Shown here one piece after another: positions 7,559 to 15,988 of a stretch of DNA of 24,965 nucleotides. Both the position numbers and the translations under genes were made by a program. The stretch spans positions 1 through 24,965 of the forward strand of contig CAIJIA010000032.1 in the NCBI GenBank assembly GCA_903820655.1, in the 5' to 3' direction. The notes beneath the pieces are model-generated. The model saw only the letters and a list, made by a program, of their open reading frames with translations, made no database searches and was not told the DNA's origin. Every line of letters starts with the position of its first letter. Positions within the stretch are counted from its first letter, which is position 1. Origin of the DNA: an uncultured Chloroflexota bacterium. Its GTDB lineage: Bacteria; Chloroflexota; Limnocylindria; Limnocylindrales; Limnocylindraceae.

Positions 7559-9013
7559 ATGGATATGGCGATCGCACCACTTCGGCACCTCGCGCCAACC
7601 TCGGCGCCGGCTCCCCATCGGGCGGAGCCACCCGTCGGCCCCACCGTTCAGATTGACCCTGCCCGTATTCGCGAGCTGACCGCCCGCGAGTCCGAGCGAC
7701 TTGACGCCCGTACACAGGCCTCCGCTGCCGCCTACGAGCGCGCCAAGCGCTCCCTCGTTGGTGGCGTCTCGTCGAGTTACCAGAAGCGCGCACCGTGGCC
7801 GATCTACCTCGACCGCGGGCAGGGGCAGTATGTCTGGGACGTCGATGGCCACCAGTACCTCGACGTGCACAACGGCATCGGCAGCATGGTCCAGGGGCAT
7901 GCGCATCCGATCATCACCGAGGCCGTCGATCGACGCATCCGCCTCGGCTCGCACTTCGCCGCACCGACCGAGGACACCTACATCGTTGCTGAACATCTCG
8001 CTGCCCGCTGGGGTCTCCCCCGCTGGCGTTTCGTGAACTCTGGCTCCGAGGCCACCATGGATGCGATCCGCCTCGCCCGCGGCATCACTGGTCGCGATGG
8101 CGTGATGAAGATCTTCGGCAGCTATCACGGACACCACGACTACGTGATGGTGGATATTGGCCTCTCGGTGTACGACGGCAAGGATCGCGAGCACTATCCG
8201 TCAATTGCCTACGGTAAGGGGATCCCTGATGTTGTCACGCAGATGACCACCGCCGTGCCATTCAATGACGCTGGTGTCCTCGAACGACGCCTTGCCGAAC
8301 TTCAGAGCGAAGGTCGTCTGCCCGCCTGCTTGATCATGGAGGCCGCGATGATGAACTGCGGCGTGATCCTGCCAGAGCCTGGCTATCTTGCCGAAGTACG
8401 ACGCATCACCAAGCAGTTCGGCGTCGTGTGGATCGTTGACGAAGTGAAGACCGGTCTCACCGTTGCCGCCGGCGGCGCAACTGAACTCTTCGGGATCAAG
8501 CCCGATCTCGTCTGCCTAGCCAAGGCGCTCGGCGCTGGCATCCCAACGGGTGCAATCGGCGGTAGCGACGAGATGTGGTCGATGGTTGACTCTGGCGAGG
8601 TCTACATGGTGGGCACGTTCAATGGCAACCCGCTCGCCATGGCGGCGGCGCGTGCCAATCTGGAGCGCGTCATGACCCCCGATGCCTACAAGCATCTCGG
8701 ACGGCTGAATGATCAACTCCTTGACGGCGCTCAGGGGATCATCGATCGCTACAGGCTCGCCGCCTATGCGGTGGGGATTGAGTCAAAGGGCGTGATCACC
8801 TTCGCCCAGTCAAAGGTTGTGGACTATGACTCCTATAAGACCGCGCAGCAAAAGGAGCTCATTGATTTGGTGTGGCTCTGGAACATGAACCGTGGGATCT
8901 TCAGCACACCGGGTCGCGACGAGGAGTGGACCCTCTCAGTCACGATGTCCCCCGCCGACGCCGACCACTACCTCGGCGTCTTCGAGGAGCTGGCAGCCGA
9001 ACTGACGCGCTAA
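7559..9013 (+). CDS. Class-III PLP aminotransferase, glutamate-1-semialdehyde aminomutase-like; substrate uncertain
   Basis: VWDVDGHQYLD, NSGSEAT, GSYHG, DEVKTG, PDLVCLAKALGAG (PLP lysine), GTFNGNP. The ATG at 7565 is better spaced from the AAGGA SD and may be the true start. Confidence 0.88.
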   Translation: MDMAIAPLRHLAPTSAPAPHRAEPPVGPTVQIDPARIRELTARESERLDARTQASAAAYERAKRSLVGGVSSSYQKRAPWPIYLDRGQGQYVWDVDGHQYLDVHNGIGSMVQGHAHPIITEAVDRRIRLGSHFAAPTEDTYIVAEHLAARWGLPRWRFVNSGSEATMDAIRLARGITGRDGVMKIFGSYHGHHDYVMVDIGLSVYDGKDREHYPSIAYGKGIPDVVTQMTTAVPFNDAGVLERRLAELQSEGRLPACLIMEAAMMNCGVILPEPGYLAEVRRITKQFGVVWIVDEVKTGLTVAAGGATELFGIKPDLVCLAKALGAGIPTGAIGGSDEMWSMVDSGEVYMVGTFNGNPLAMAAARANLERVMTPDAYKHLGRLNDQLLDGAQGIIDRYRLAAYAVGIESKGVITFAQSKVVDYDSYKTAQQKELIDLVWLWNMNRGIFSTPGRDEEWTLSVTMSPADADHYLGVFEELAAELTR

Positions 9014-9756
9014 CTCTCCTCGCGGAGGAGTCGCAGGCGCTCATCGAGTACGGCGGTCGCCGCACGTACACTCCCCATCAGTTGCAGCACCGCCACCAGG
9101 GTGAAGGCCCCGCCTGCGATCATGATCACACCCCTCACCCGCTGGGCGGTAACGATGTCAACGAGTTGTGCCTGCACGTTTGCACTGAGCGCTTCACTAA
9201 TGCCGAGTGCTGGCTGGGCGTACACCCAGGGTGCCGCTGCGCCGCCCAGCAACCACGCGCCAAAGAGCAGTGCGGCGATTGCACCGCCGTTGGCAAACGG
9301 GCCATCAGCGATCAGGCGCGCGACGCGTGCCCGGCGCACGAGCAGCACTACCAGCCCGACCCACACCGCATGCCCCGCGAATACCAGGAGGGCGACGGGA
9401 GGCGCGGCAATGGACTGGGCGAGAAGCAGCGGCATCCACGGGAGAACCCCGGCCAGGATGGCGAGACGCCGCTCGCCACGCGAGAGCAGCCCCTCGTGTT
9501 GTAGGCGTGCGGTCCAACCCAGGACGGCGAGACCAGCGGCAACATCAAGGATCACCGCAATGAGGCGAAGGACAGAAAGGGCGAGCTGCTCACCAAGAAT
9601 TCCTGGAGCTGAGGCGACGGGGTCGGCGGCGTAGGCCAGGATGTTGTCACCGCTGCGGAAGAGGAGCCAGCCGCGCAGGGCGAGCACCAGTGCACTGGCA
9701 ACGATGGCGCCGGTAAAGATGGTCTCGTTCTTCGGGAGGAGTCGGCGCGTGGCCAC
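9010..9756 (-). CDS. Hypothetical multi-pass membrane protein (248 aa), possibly a distant DUF4328-like paralog
   Basis: About 6-7 hydrophobic segments. Fills the space between operon neighbours (8-bp gap upstream, 4-bp convergent overlap downstream). GTG start. Confidence 0.7.
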   Translation of the reverse strand: MATRRLLPKNETIFTGAIVASALVLALRGWLLFRSGDNILAYAADPVASAPGILGEQLALSVLRLIAVILDVAAGLAVLGWTARLQHEGLLSRGERRLAILAGVLPWMPLLLAQSIAAPPVALLVFAGHAVWVGLVVLLVRRARVARLIADGPFANGGAIAALLFGAWLLGGAAAPWVYAQPALGISEALSANVQAQLVDIVTAQRVRGVIMIAGGAFTLVAVLQLMGSVRAATAVLDERLRLLREES

Positions 9757-9764
9757 GCTCAGCC

Positions 9765-10442
9765 CTACCGCGCCCTTCGCGCACGTGCGCGCTGCTCTGC
9801 TGTCAGGAGTGCGCTCTGCAACTCTTCACTGAGTTGTACCTTGGCGATCGCCTGGCGTAGCAGCACAGCCACCGCGCTGAGGGTTACCCAGCCTGCGGCG
9901 ACCCAGATCACCGCGTGGTGATCGGTATGGGAGCTGATGAGCCCGCCGAGCCAGAGCGGCGCGACCAAGATGGAGAGTCGCCCAGCCCAGCGGGCCGAAC
10001 CGCTGTCGGTGTTGGGTCTCGATGCTCCCGTGCCGCCGTGCGCCTCCGCGAGGCTCAAGGTGTGCTCGACCAGCAGGCGTCCAGGGTGGCCGAGGAGTGG
10101 GCCGGGGAACACCGTGAGCGCGATAGCACGGTTGATGTTGGCGAGCGCCACTGCAGGATGCGGTGCGCTCAGCGCGTGAGCGTTTCGCAGGCTGGCGTGG
10201 AGCCAACGCAGCATCAAGAGCCAGACCACTGGAATGGCAATCAGCAGCAGTGAGTTCGCGGTGCGTACCGTGCTGAATGCGCGCGTTGCATCCACTTCCG
10301 TGGCGCGGTTGATGGCAACAAGGTCGAGCACCGAGAAGTAGCCCATGATCGTCCCCGCGCTGATAAGAGCGAGGAGCGCCAAGAGCAGCAGTGCACGTCG
10401 CGCCGTCGCCGCCTTCGTGGCGGCGGAGAGGTAGGGGGTCAC
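9765..10442 (-). CDS. Hypothetical membrane protein, DUF4328-like (225 aa)
   Basis: GTGA overlap with the pepN stop. The pattern PYLS..A..LL, then WLLMLRWLHASLRNAHAL, then AVLLRQAIAKVQ resembles DUF4328 proteins as I recall them; not confirmed by search. Confidence 0.7.
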   Translation of the reverse strand: MTPYLSAATKAATARRALLLLALLALISAGTIMGYFSVLDLVAINRATEVDATRAFSTVRTANSLLLIAIPVVWLLMLRWLHASLRNAHALSAPHPAVALANINRAIALTVFPGPLLGHPGRLLVEHTLSLAEAHGGTGASRPNTDSGSARWAGRLSILVAPLWLGGLISSHTDHHAVIWVAAGWVTLSAVAVLLRQAIAKVQLSEELQSALLTAEQRARARRAR

Positions 10443-13066
10443 TTGCCGCTAGTGCCCTGTTGTCGCAAGACACGCATCAGCCCATCGCGCTCGAGGAGTG
10501 CGAAGCGTCGCAGTCGTGCCGCGTCAACCGGCGGGATTCCATGCGCTGGGTCTGCAATGTTCGTGAGGAGTGCATCAACTGCAGCGAGCATCGATGCTGG
10601 CGATCCCCAAAGCCCGAGTGAGGCGCTCCGGGTAACAAGGTCGCGCGCAAACGTTGCGTCCGCCGACCCGAGTGCGAGTAGTGCCGTTGGAATCTGGGCA
10701 ACATACGGCGCAAGCAGCTCGTGCTGCCATGGCCAGGCGAACCCGCTCGCAGCGGCGAGTGTCTTGCGCACGCTCCCGTATCCGTCAGCGAGAAGGATGC
10801 GCGCCCATGCTGCACGCTTCGCCGCAACATTCGGTGCTGCGACCTCGGCGGCAAGAAGCGCTCGCGCGCCGCGGTCGCTCGGATCACGCAGCGCCTCTGC
10901 TGCAAGTCGCTCCGCACTGTTCGGTGCACCAAATGAGGCTGCACGTACGAGGAGCGACCAACGATGATCCTGATCAATCTCGACGCCGTCGAGTGGCGTC
11001 TCGCCGACTGCGACCTGCCAGGTCTCCTCAACGTCACGGGGTGTGACCGAGGCCATCACCATGACGCGCGACCAGACGATGCGCATCCCCTCGCTGCCGC
11101 CGCGGGCGAGTCGGGCGCGTGCGGCGTCAACGATCAAGCTCCCCCAGCGCTCGCGCTCGCCATCAGGGAGATAGCGTAGGAGGAGGCCGCTCATGGTTGA
11201 CTCCACAACGCCCTGAACAATCGAAGAATCAACCTCGTGCGGGAGGCGGTCGATCAGCAACTGCGCGTAGCGTGCCGCCGGGTAGCGACCATCGCGCACA
11301 AGCTCGTAGATCGCCATCCAGGTGAGCTGTCGCAGGAGCCCGTCGGGGATGGCCTCCATCCGAGTCTCGACGAAGCGCAGCGTTCCCTCGTCGAGGCCAA
11401 GCTTGCCAACGGCGAGATCGTCGTGGTTTGGGATTACGGCGAGAGGGAGTGGCCGGCCTACGGCGCTCGGCACGTCGGTGCGGGCCCCCGTCACCAGCAC
11501 TTCGTGCGGCTCAATGGTCACCGTGTTTGCATCGCCTGGGTAGAGGAGTGCGACGCGGAGGAGGTGCTCGCGCAGCACGTTGTCGCCCGAGACAACCTCT
11601 TGGGTGACCGTGAGGCTACTGATGGTGCCGCTGGAGCTTGGGGTGACCTCTGCACTGAGCCGATTTGGCCCACTGGTGCGCAGCCACTGTGCCGACCAGT
11701 CAGCGAGCGAAACGCCACTCCCCTCTTCGAGTGAGGCGAGGAACTCGGCGAGCGTGGCATTGCCAAATGCGTGTCGTTGGAAGTGCAGGCGGAGCCCCGC
11801 AGAGAATCCGGCTCGACCGAGCCGGGCTCCGAGCTGCTTGAGCACCGCACCCCCCTTGCCGTAGGTGATGCCGTCGAAGTTCAAGAAGGTCTGGTCCGTA
11901 TCGGCAACCGTGCCCGCGATCGGATGCGTTGTTGGTGAATCGTCTTCGACCAGCGACCATCGCTTCAGCTGCACGTTGAACTCCTGCCAGGCGGAGGTGT
12001 GCTCTGACCCTTCGGTCAGGCAGAGGGCTGCGGCATAGGTGGCGAAGGATTCGTTGAGCCAGAGGTCATCCCACCAGCGCATCGTGACCAGGTTGCCGAA
12101 CCACATGTGGGCGATCTCATGGAAGACGACCTCGGCAAGATCGGTCAAGTCGCTTGGGGTCGGCGTGCTCAGGAAGATGTAGCGCTCGGTATAGGTGATG
12201 AGCCCAACGTTCTCCATTGCGCCAACGTTGAACTCGGGGCAATAAACGTGATCAAGCTTCTCAAACGGGTACTCGCGACCGAAGAGGTCGCCGAAGTAGA
12301 TAAACGCCTGGCTCGTCATCTTTTCGAAGAGGTCGTACGAGAGGTACTTCTCCAACGAGCCGCGTGACCAGAGGCCAACCTGAACGGGAGTTGCTCGACC
12401 TGGAATCGGTACCTCAAAGCGCCGCCCAACGAATGGGCCCGCGGCGAAGCTAAAGAGGTAGCTCGCGAGTGGTGGGGTCTCGGCAAAGGTGTGCAGTGTG
12501 CCCCCAGCATCCTCGGGGCTTGTCGCGGTTTCGGCGCCATTGCCGAAGACGCGCCATGCGGCGGGCGCCGCGACCGACAACGAGAGCTTCGCCTTGATGT
12601 CAGGCTGGTCGAAGAGTGGCGCCATACGGTGCGCTTCGTACGGCTCGAAATTGGTGTAGACGTATTCCGCCTGATCCTCTGGATCAATAAAGCGGAAGAC
12701 GCCGTCGCCACCTGTGTCGTAGGCGTTCTCATACGAAACTTCGAGAAGGTTCTCAGCACCCGCCTTCAGTCGAGCGGCTGGCAAGGTGAGGCGATAGCCG
12801 TTCCACTCTGGCGCGTCGATGACCACCCCGTTGAGCGTGAGGCTATGGATGGTGCGTCCGCGGAAGCAGAGGAAGATCGGTCCGGCATGCCCGGCGGCAA
12901 GGGTGAAGCGTGTAACGATCTGCCCGCGGAAGGTTGCCGCGTTTGCGGCGAGGTCGAGTCGAAGCGCGTAGCGAACATCGGAAACTGCGCCGGCACGGGC
13001 GGCAGCCTCGACCTGCGTCAAGACATCGCGAGCCTCGGCTCCTGGAGTTTTAATCGTTAGGCTCAC
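10439..13066 (-). CDS. pepN: Aminopeptidase N (M1 family) with ERAP1-like C-terminal domain
   Basis: GAMEN, HEIAH...WLNESFA (HEXXH-X18-E), FDGITYGKG, YTNFEPYEAHR. Confidence 0.96.
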   Translation of the reverse strand: MSLTIKTPGAEARDVLTQVEAAARAGAVSDVRYALRLDLAANAATFRGQIVTRFTLAAGHAGPIFLCFRGRTIHSLTLNGVVIDAPEWNGYRLTLPAARLKAGAENLLEVSYENAYDTGGDGVFRFIDPEDQAEYVYTNFEPYEAHRMAPLFDQPDIKAKLSLSVAAPAAWRVFGNGAETATSPEDAGGTLHTFAETPPLASYLFSFAAGPFVGRRFEVPIPGRATPVQVGLWSRGSLEKYLSYDLFEKMTSQAFIYFGDLFGREYPFEKLDHVYCPEFNVGAMENVGLITYTERYIFLSTPTPSDLTDLAEVVFHEIAHMWFGNLVTMRWWDDLWLNESFATYAAALCLTEGSEHTSAWQEFNVQLKRWSLVEDDSPTTHPIAGTVADTDQTFLNFDGITYGKGGAVLKQLGARLGRAGFSAGLRLHFQRHAFGNATLAEFLASLEEGSGVSLADWSAQWLRTSGPNRLSAEVTPSSSGTISSLTVTQEVVSGDNVLREHLLRVALLYPGDANTVTIEPHEVLVTGARTDVPSAVGRPLPLAVIPNHDDLAVGKLGLDEGTLRFVETRMEAIPDGLLRQLTWMAIYELVRDGRYPAARYAQLLIDRLPHEVDSSIVQGVVESTMSGLLLRYLPDGERERWGSLIVDAARARLARGGSEGMRIVWSRVMVMASVTPRDVEETWQVAVGETPLDGVEIDQDHRWSLLVRAASFGAPNSAERLAAEALRDPSDRGARALLAAEVAAPNVAAKRAAWARILLADGYGSVRKTLAAASGFAWPWQHELLAPYVAQIPTALLALGSADATFARDLVTRSASLGLWGSPASMLAAVDALLTNIADPAHGIPPVDAARLRRFALLERDGLMRVLRQQGTSGK

Positions 13067-13075
13067 CGCCAGATC

Positions 13076-14146
13076 CTAGCGCGTCGCTGGGGTGAGGGCG
13101 GCGCGCCAAGCGGCGAGATCGACCTCACGGAGCCGCGGTGAAGTCGTGGTCCCTGATGGTCGCCCGCGCTTCCCAATCGGCTGCCCATCGATCTCATGGA
13201 TGTCGGCGGTGAAGTCAATCGGCCGCACACCCGAGATGGCACTGCCAACGGCATAGGTGTCCACGCGCGACCCCGCAGCCTTGAATTCGGCGATGCGCTC
13301 CAGCGAGAGACCACCCGAGATAACGATCTGTGCCGTCGTTGCCCCGGCGGCATCGAGAGCGGCGCGCACCTCTGCGACAAGGGCGGGGGTGACACCGCCA
13401 AGTTCACTTGCACGATCTAGTCGCACGCCACCAAGTTTGCTCCCCAGGGCTGCAGCCACGCGCGCCGACTCTTCGGATTCGTCACGGAAGGTGTCGACGA
13501 GCACAATGCGTGGAACATCAGACTCAACCTGGCGATCGAAGGCGAGTGCGGCCTCAACGGTGTCCCCGAAGACCAGCACCAACGCATGTGGCATGGTGCC
13601 AACTGGCAGCCTCCCGGCGCGCGAGCTGCCCGCCGTCGTCGACGCACTCGTCGCGCCACCAATGATCGCGGCGTAGTCGAGCCGATCTGCAATATTCGGG
13701 TGCACGTGCCGCGCGCCAAAGGCGATCACGGGCGTTGGCGCCGCTGCATCGACAACGGCGCGAGCGGCGGTCGCCCACCCGGTGCCGTGAGCCATCATCC
13801 CCAAATACGCTGTCTCAAAGCGCGCGATTGATTGGTATGGCGCGCGAATGCGAAGAACCACCTCTTTTGCTTCAATCACGTCGCCATCCTTGAGCGCCCA
13901 AACAGCTGCGTTCCCAGCAGCAACGTCGGCTTCCAGTGCCAAGGAGAGGAGCCCCTTCGCCTCATCAATGCCGCAGAGGGTGGCTCCGGCACGGCGACAG
14001 AAGACCTCCATGGTCACGACCGGATTGCGCCCCTCGCCGACGAGTACGCGCTCCGTGCGCAGGAAATAGACGTCGGCGTTCTCGCCAGTCAGGAGCGCAG
14101 GAAGCGGTCGCGGGACGGGTCGCGTGGGGCGATCAAGTTCAGCCAT
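13076..14146 (-). CDS. pncB: Nicotinate phosphoribosyltransferase (NAPRTase type B, archaeal-like subgroup)
   Basis: ADVYFLRT, FGARHVHP, GTMPHALVL, LVDTF, GVRLD, ISGGL, YAVGSAIS, DFTADI, GKRGR. Start moved to ATG 14146; the ORF-track extension overlaps the upstream gene. Confidence 0.88.
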   Translation of the reverse strand: MAELDRPTRPVPRPLPALLTGENADVYFLRTERVLVGEGRNPVVTMEVFCRRAGATLCGIDEAKGLLSLALEADVAAGNAAVWALKDGDVIEAKEVVLRIRAPYQSIARFETAYLGMMAHGTGWATAARAVVDAAAPTPVIAFGARHVHPNIADRLDYAAIIGGATSASTTAGSSRAGRLPVGTMPHALVLVFGDTVEAALAFDRQVESDVPRIVLVDTFRDESEESARVAAALGSKLGGVRLDRASELGGVTPALVAEVRAALDAAGATTAQIVISGGLSLERIAEFKAAGSRVDTYAVGSAISGVRPIDFTADIHEIDGQPIGKRGRPSGTTTSPRLREVDLAAWRAALTPATR

Positions 14147-14152
14147 AGGCGA

Positions 14153-14158
14153 AGCATA
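14153..14158 (-). promoter_or_regulatory. -10 element TATGCT, 6 nt before the pncB ATG (leaderless promoter)
   Basis: The minus strand reads CGCAGGGC-TATGCT-TCGCCT-ATG, with no SD. Confidence 0.6.
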
Positions 14159-14181
14159 GCCCTGCGGCGAGCGGTCGGAGG

Positions 14182-14691
14182 CTACCCCTCCAGGCGATCG
14201 GCGAGATCTGGGGCGGCGCGCAACAGGGGGGCATTCCGGCGCGGCGAACCGTCGTCGGCAGGGATACGACCGCCGATCCAGATCCATGCGGCCGTCTCGT
14301 CGAGGAGGCGATCCGCAATCAGCACCGCACGGGCGAGCGCCTCGACCAGATCACTCTCGGTCGCCTGTTCGGCGCGCAGCTCAATGCTGAGCACCGGTCG
14401 ACCATCTTCGGCAATGCCAAACTTCGCAAAGAGGTACTTGTCGTTCCACTCCAAGAGGCGGCGATACGCCTTGCGCAGACCATCACCGAGTGGCGGTGCC
14501 AGATGCGCCCACACCACAAGGACACCACCAGGGCGTGCATCGTGAATGAGTGAGAGGCGCAAGCCACGTCGGCGCTCCCCATCCAGCTCCAGGTCCCACA
14601 CCGTTGCGTCATCTCGTCGGTGCGGCGCGGGCACCACGACACCATGCCGTTCGAGCAGCGCGGGGATCGACGCGACCTGCAGGAGTGTCAT
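14182..14691 (-). CDS. YbjN-like (T3SS-chaperone fold) domain protein
   Basis: YRRLLEWNDKYLFAKFGIAEDGRPVLSIEL..DLVEALA resembles the YbjN pattern (LL.WN....FAKF....DG.V.L..E). 4-bp gap after glgC. Confidence 0.7.
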   Translation of the reverse strand: MTLLQVASIPALLERHGVVVPAPHRRDDATVWDLELDGERRRGLRLSLIHDARPGGVLVVWAHLAPPLGDGLRKAYRRLLEWNDKYLFAKFGIAEDGRPVLSIELRAEQATESDLVEALARAVLIADRLLDETAAWIWIGGRIPADDGSPRRNAPLLRAAPDLADRLEG

Positions 14692-14695
14692 GCGA

Positions 14696-15988
14696 CTACC
14701 GCGCCGTGCGGCGCTGGTTCCAGGTGCGCCCAGCCTTGATCGTTGCGCCAGCCTTCACGCTGCCCGCGTCGGGCCAATCGCTCAGGCTCGCCTCAGCATC
14801 TACCAGCACATTTCTGCCAACGGATGCACTAGCAGGAACTTCAGCCTGCTTGCCAATAACGACAAGTCCCGTTGCGAGCATCTCGGGATTCGCGCGGTTC
14901 GGTGCGCCCGGCAGCTCGCCAACGCCAACCTGTGCGTCGCGCCCAACACGCACCTCTTTGTCGATGATGGCGTGATCAATAACGGCGCCAGGTCCAATCA
15001 CGGCATCGAACATCACGATGCTGTCACGTACCACCGCACCGCGTCCGACGTGCACGCCGGGTGACAGGACACTTCGCTCCACAATCCCTTCAATCACACA
15101 GCCGTGCGAAATCATGGACTGCTCAACTCGGGCGTCGGCGCCGATTCGTGCGGGGGCCCGCTCCTCGGAACGGGTGAGGATCAGCCAATCACGTTCGTAG
15201 AGGTCAAGCTCGGGCTTCGGCTCGAGGAGCGCCATGTTTGCGTCGAAGTAGGCGGGGAGCGTCCCCACGTCTTGCCAGTAGCCGCGGAAGCGGTGGGCCA
15301 TCACCTTTGCGCCACCGGCGAGCATGGCGGGCAGTACGTCGGCGCCGAAGTCGGGGCGCGACTCATCGAGCCACGCGGCCAGCGCATCGGCGGTAAAGGC
15401 GTAGATCCCCATGCTGGCGAGGCGACTGGTTGGCCGCTTCGGCTTCTCTTGGAACCCGGTGATGCGGCTCCGCGCATCCATTTCGACGATACCCATGCGG
15501 CGCGCATCATCGAGGTTCACCTCGCGCACCGCGACAGTCACATCAGCACCGCTGCGGCGGTGTGCGGTGAGGAAGCGCTCGTAATCCATCTTGTAGATGT
15601 GGTCGCCGGCAAGCACGAGCACGGTATCGGCACCACTCGCCACCACTTCACGAAGGTTCTGTAGCACCGCGTCCGCCGTTCCGCTGTACCAATTGGCAGT
15701 GTTGCCACGGCCAACCTGCGGCTGAAGGAGTCGGACACCGCCGATGGTGCGGTCAAGATCCCACGCCCGTCCGCGACCAATATGATCGTTGAGGGAGCGA
15801 GGGTTGTACTGCGTGAGCACCAGAACGTCATCAATGCCGCTATTGACGCAATTCGAGAGGGTGAAGTCGATGATTCGATACTTGCCACCAAACGGCACAG
15901 CAGGTTTTGCGCGAACTCCGGAGAGCACACCCAGCCGGTTCCCCTCTCCGCCAGCCAGGATCACCGCAACCGTGCGATCAGTACGCAG
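14696..15988 (-). CDS. glgC: Glucose-1-phosphate adenylyltransferase (ADP-glucose pyrophosphorylase), probable CTG start
   Basis: [73 protein letters not shown], and a left-handed beta-helix C-terminus. Start inferred from the SD GGAGGAG + 6 nt + CTG. Confidence 0.93.
   Translation of the reverse strand: MRTDRTVAVILAGGEGNRLGVLSGVRAKPAVPFGGKYRIIDFTLSNCVNSGIDDVLVLTQYNPRSLNDHIGRGRAWDLDRTIGGVRLLQPQVGRGNTANWYSGTADAVLQNLREVVASGADTVLVLAGDHIYKMDYERFLTAHRRSGADVTVAVREVNLDDARRMGIVEMDARSRITGFQEKPKRPTSRLASMGIYAFTADALAAWLDESRPDFGADVLPAMLAGGAKVMAHRFRGYWQDVGTLPAYFDANMALLEPKPELDLYERDWLILTRSEERAPARIGADARVEQSMISHGCVIEGIVERSVLSPGVHVGRGAVVRDSIVMFDAVIGPGAVIDHAIIDKEVRVGRDAQVGVGELPGAPNRANPEMLATGLVVIGKQAEVPASASVGRNVLVDAEASLSDWPDAGSVKAGATIKAGRTWNQRRTAR

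Noticed and set aside
7559-9013. Gene symbol hemL
   Set aside because: HemL-diagnostic motifs differ and there is no tetrapyrrole gene context.
14147-14287. Extended starts for pncB (14287), and likewise glgC (16099), M23 (17573), lysE (19992) and the arrestin-like gene (21820)
   Set aside because: Each overlaps a neighbouring gene substantially, and better-supported downstream starts exist (SD or leaderless signal).
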